A DNA stretch of 64,000 nucleotides from Callorhinchus milii (Eukaryota): the NCBI RefSeq assembly GCF_018977255.1, contig NW_024704743.1, positions 1,116,001 to 1,180,000 of the forward strand. Direction: 5' to 3'. The stretch's first letter is position 1; each line of letters opens with the position of its first letter. Shown here one piece after another: positions 63,286 through 64,000 of the stretch. The position numbers were made by a program, and so were the translations under genes. The notes beneath the pieces are model-generated. The model saw only the letters and a program-made list of their open reading frames with translations, had not been told where the DNA came from and made no database searches.

Positions 63286-64000
63286 GATGGTGTTTGAGTG
63301 TGAGGAGGGTGACCCAGTGCCTGTGTGTGTGTGTGTGTGTGTGTCTGACCTCAGCTGCTGTGTGTCCCTTAAAGGTGAGGTCACCCCTCCCAGAGCCCCC
63401 CCCACCCCCCCCCCACCCCACCCCCCCCACACACACACACACCCGGGGGTTTAGGTTCAGGCCCTTCTCTCTGTCAGGGTGACCGTCAGCCTCAATATCA
63501 CCCCCACCTCTTGAGTCTGAAGGTTGTGGGTTCAAGACCCCCCCCCCACCCCCACCCCTCCCCCCCCCCCCCCCTCCCCTCGGCATAGGGCGGAGGGGGT
63601 CCTGTTGAGATGACACGGTCTTAAGCGAAGTCTGGACTTTTGAGTTCACGCGATCCTAAGGGAAACTTCTGAGTTTAATTGAGCGCCTCATCGTGTGTGG
63701 TCGAGGCGTCTCAAAGCGGGGGAGCAGTGCTCCCTACGGTTAGACCCCCAGCAGTTACCCCAACGCCACCCTCCGGGCTCCCCCGCCCACCCTCCCACCC
63801 CCGAGCCTTGGCTCTCGCCAAGCTGCGCCCGGTCATTTTGAGATGCCCTCCCGGCGTGACGGGCGCGGGCCATCACACCCGAGGATCGTTGTGGCGATGG
63901 GTTGGAACGGCTTCCTTCGTTGGTGGTAAATTTCTACGGGTCACCTGCAAAGAGACAGTCACCGCCTTTTGTAGGAAAGATATTTTGACGGGAAAAGGCG

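Noticed and set aside
62518..63649. Long Ser/Leu/Val/Cys ORFs (also 14570-15483, 26880-27943 and 52096-52521)
   Set aside because: Translations of simple repeats.

Overview
GC-rich, repeat-dense vertebrate genomic DNA, most likely from a cartilaginous fish (inferred from shark/chimaera-type Deu-domain SINEs, L2 and CR1 LINEs). Minus-strand protein genes, left to right: IBA57 (exons 1-2), GJC2/connexin 47, CYP8B1 (5' end lost in a 25-N gap) and an atypical chemokine receptor, ACKR2. At the right end is a CpG-island promoter with a plus-strand first exon, probably HIGD1A by synteny. The main discovery is absent from the ORF track because it is under 60 aa: two tandem, intronless minus-strand genes (56931-57062 and 58381-58512), each with a TATA box, Inr-like start and AATAAA. 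Both encode the same 43-aa Arg/Lys/His-rich protamine-like protein. Their transcribed parts are almost identical but their promoters have diverged. No database searches were run; gene names rest on recognised motifs and remembered sequences.
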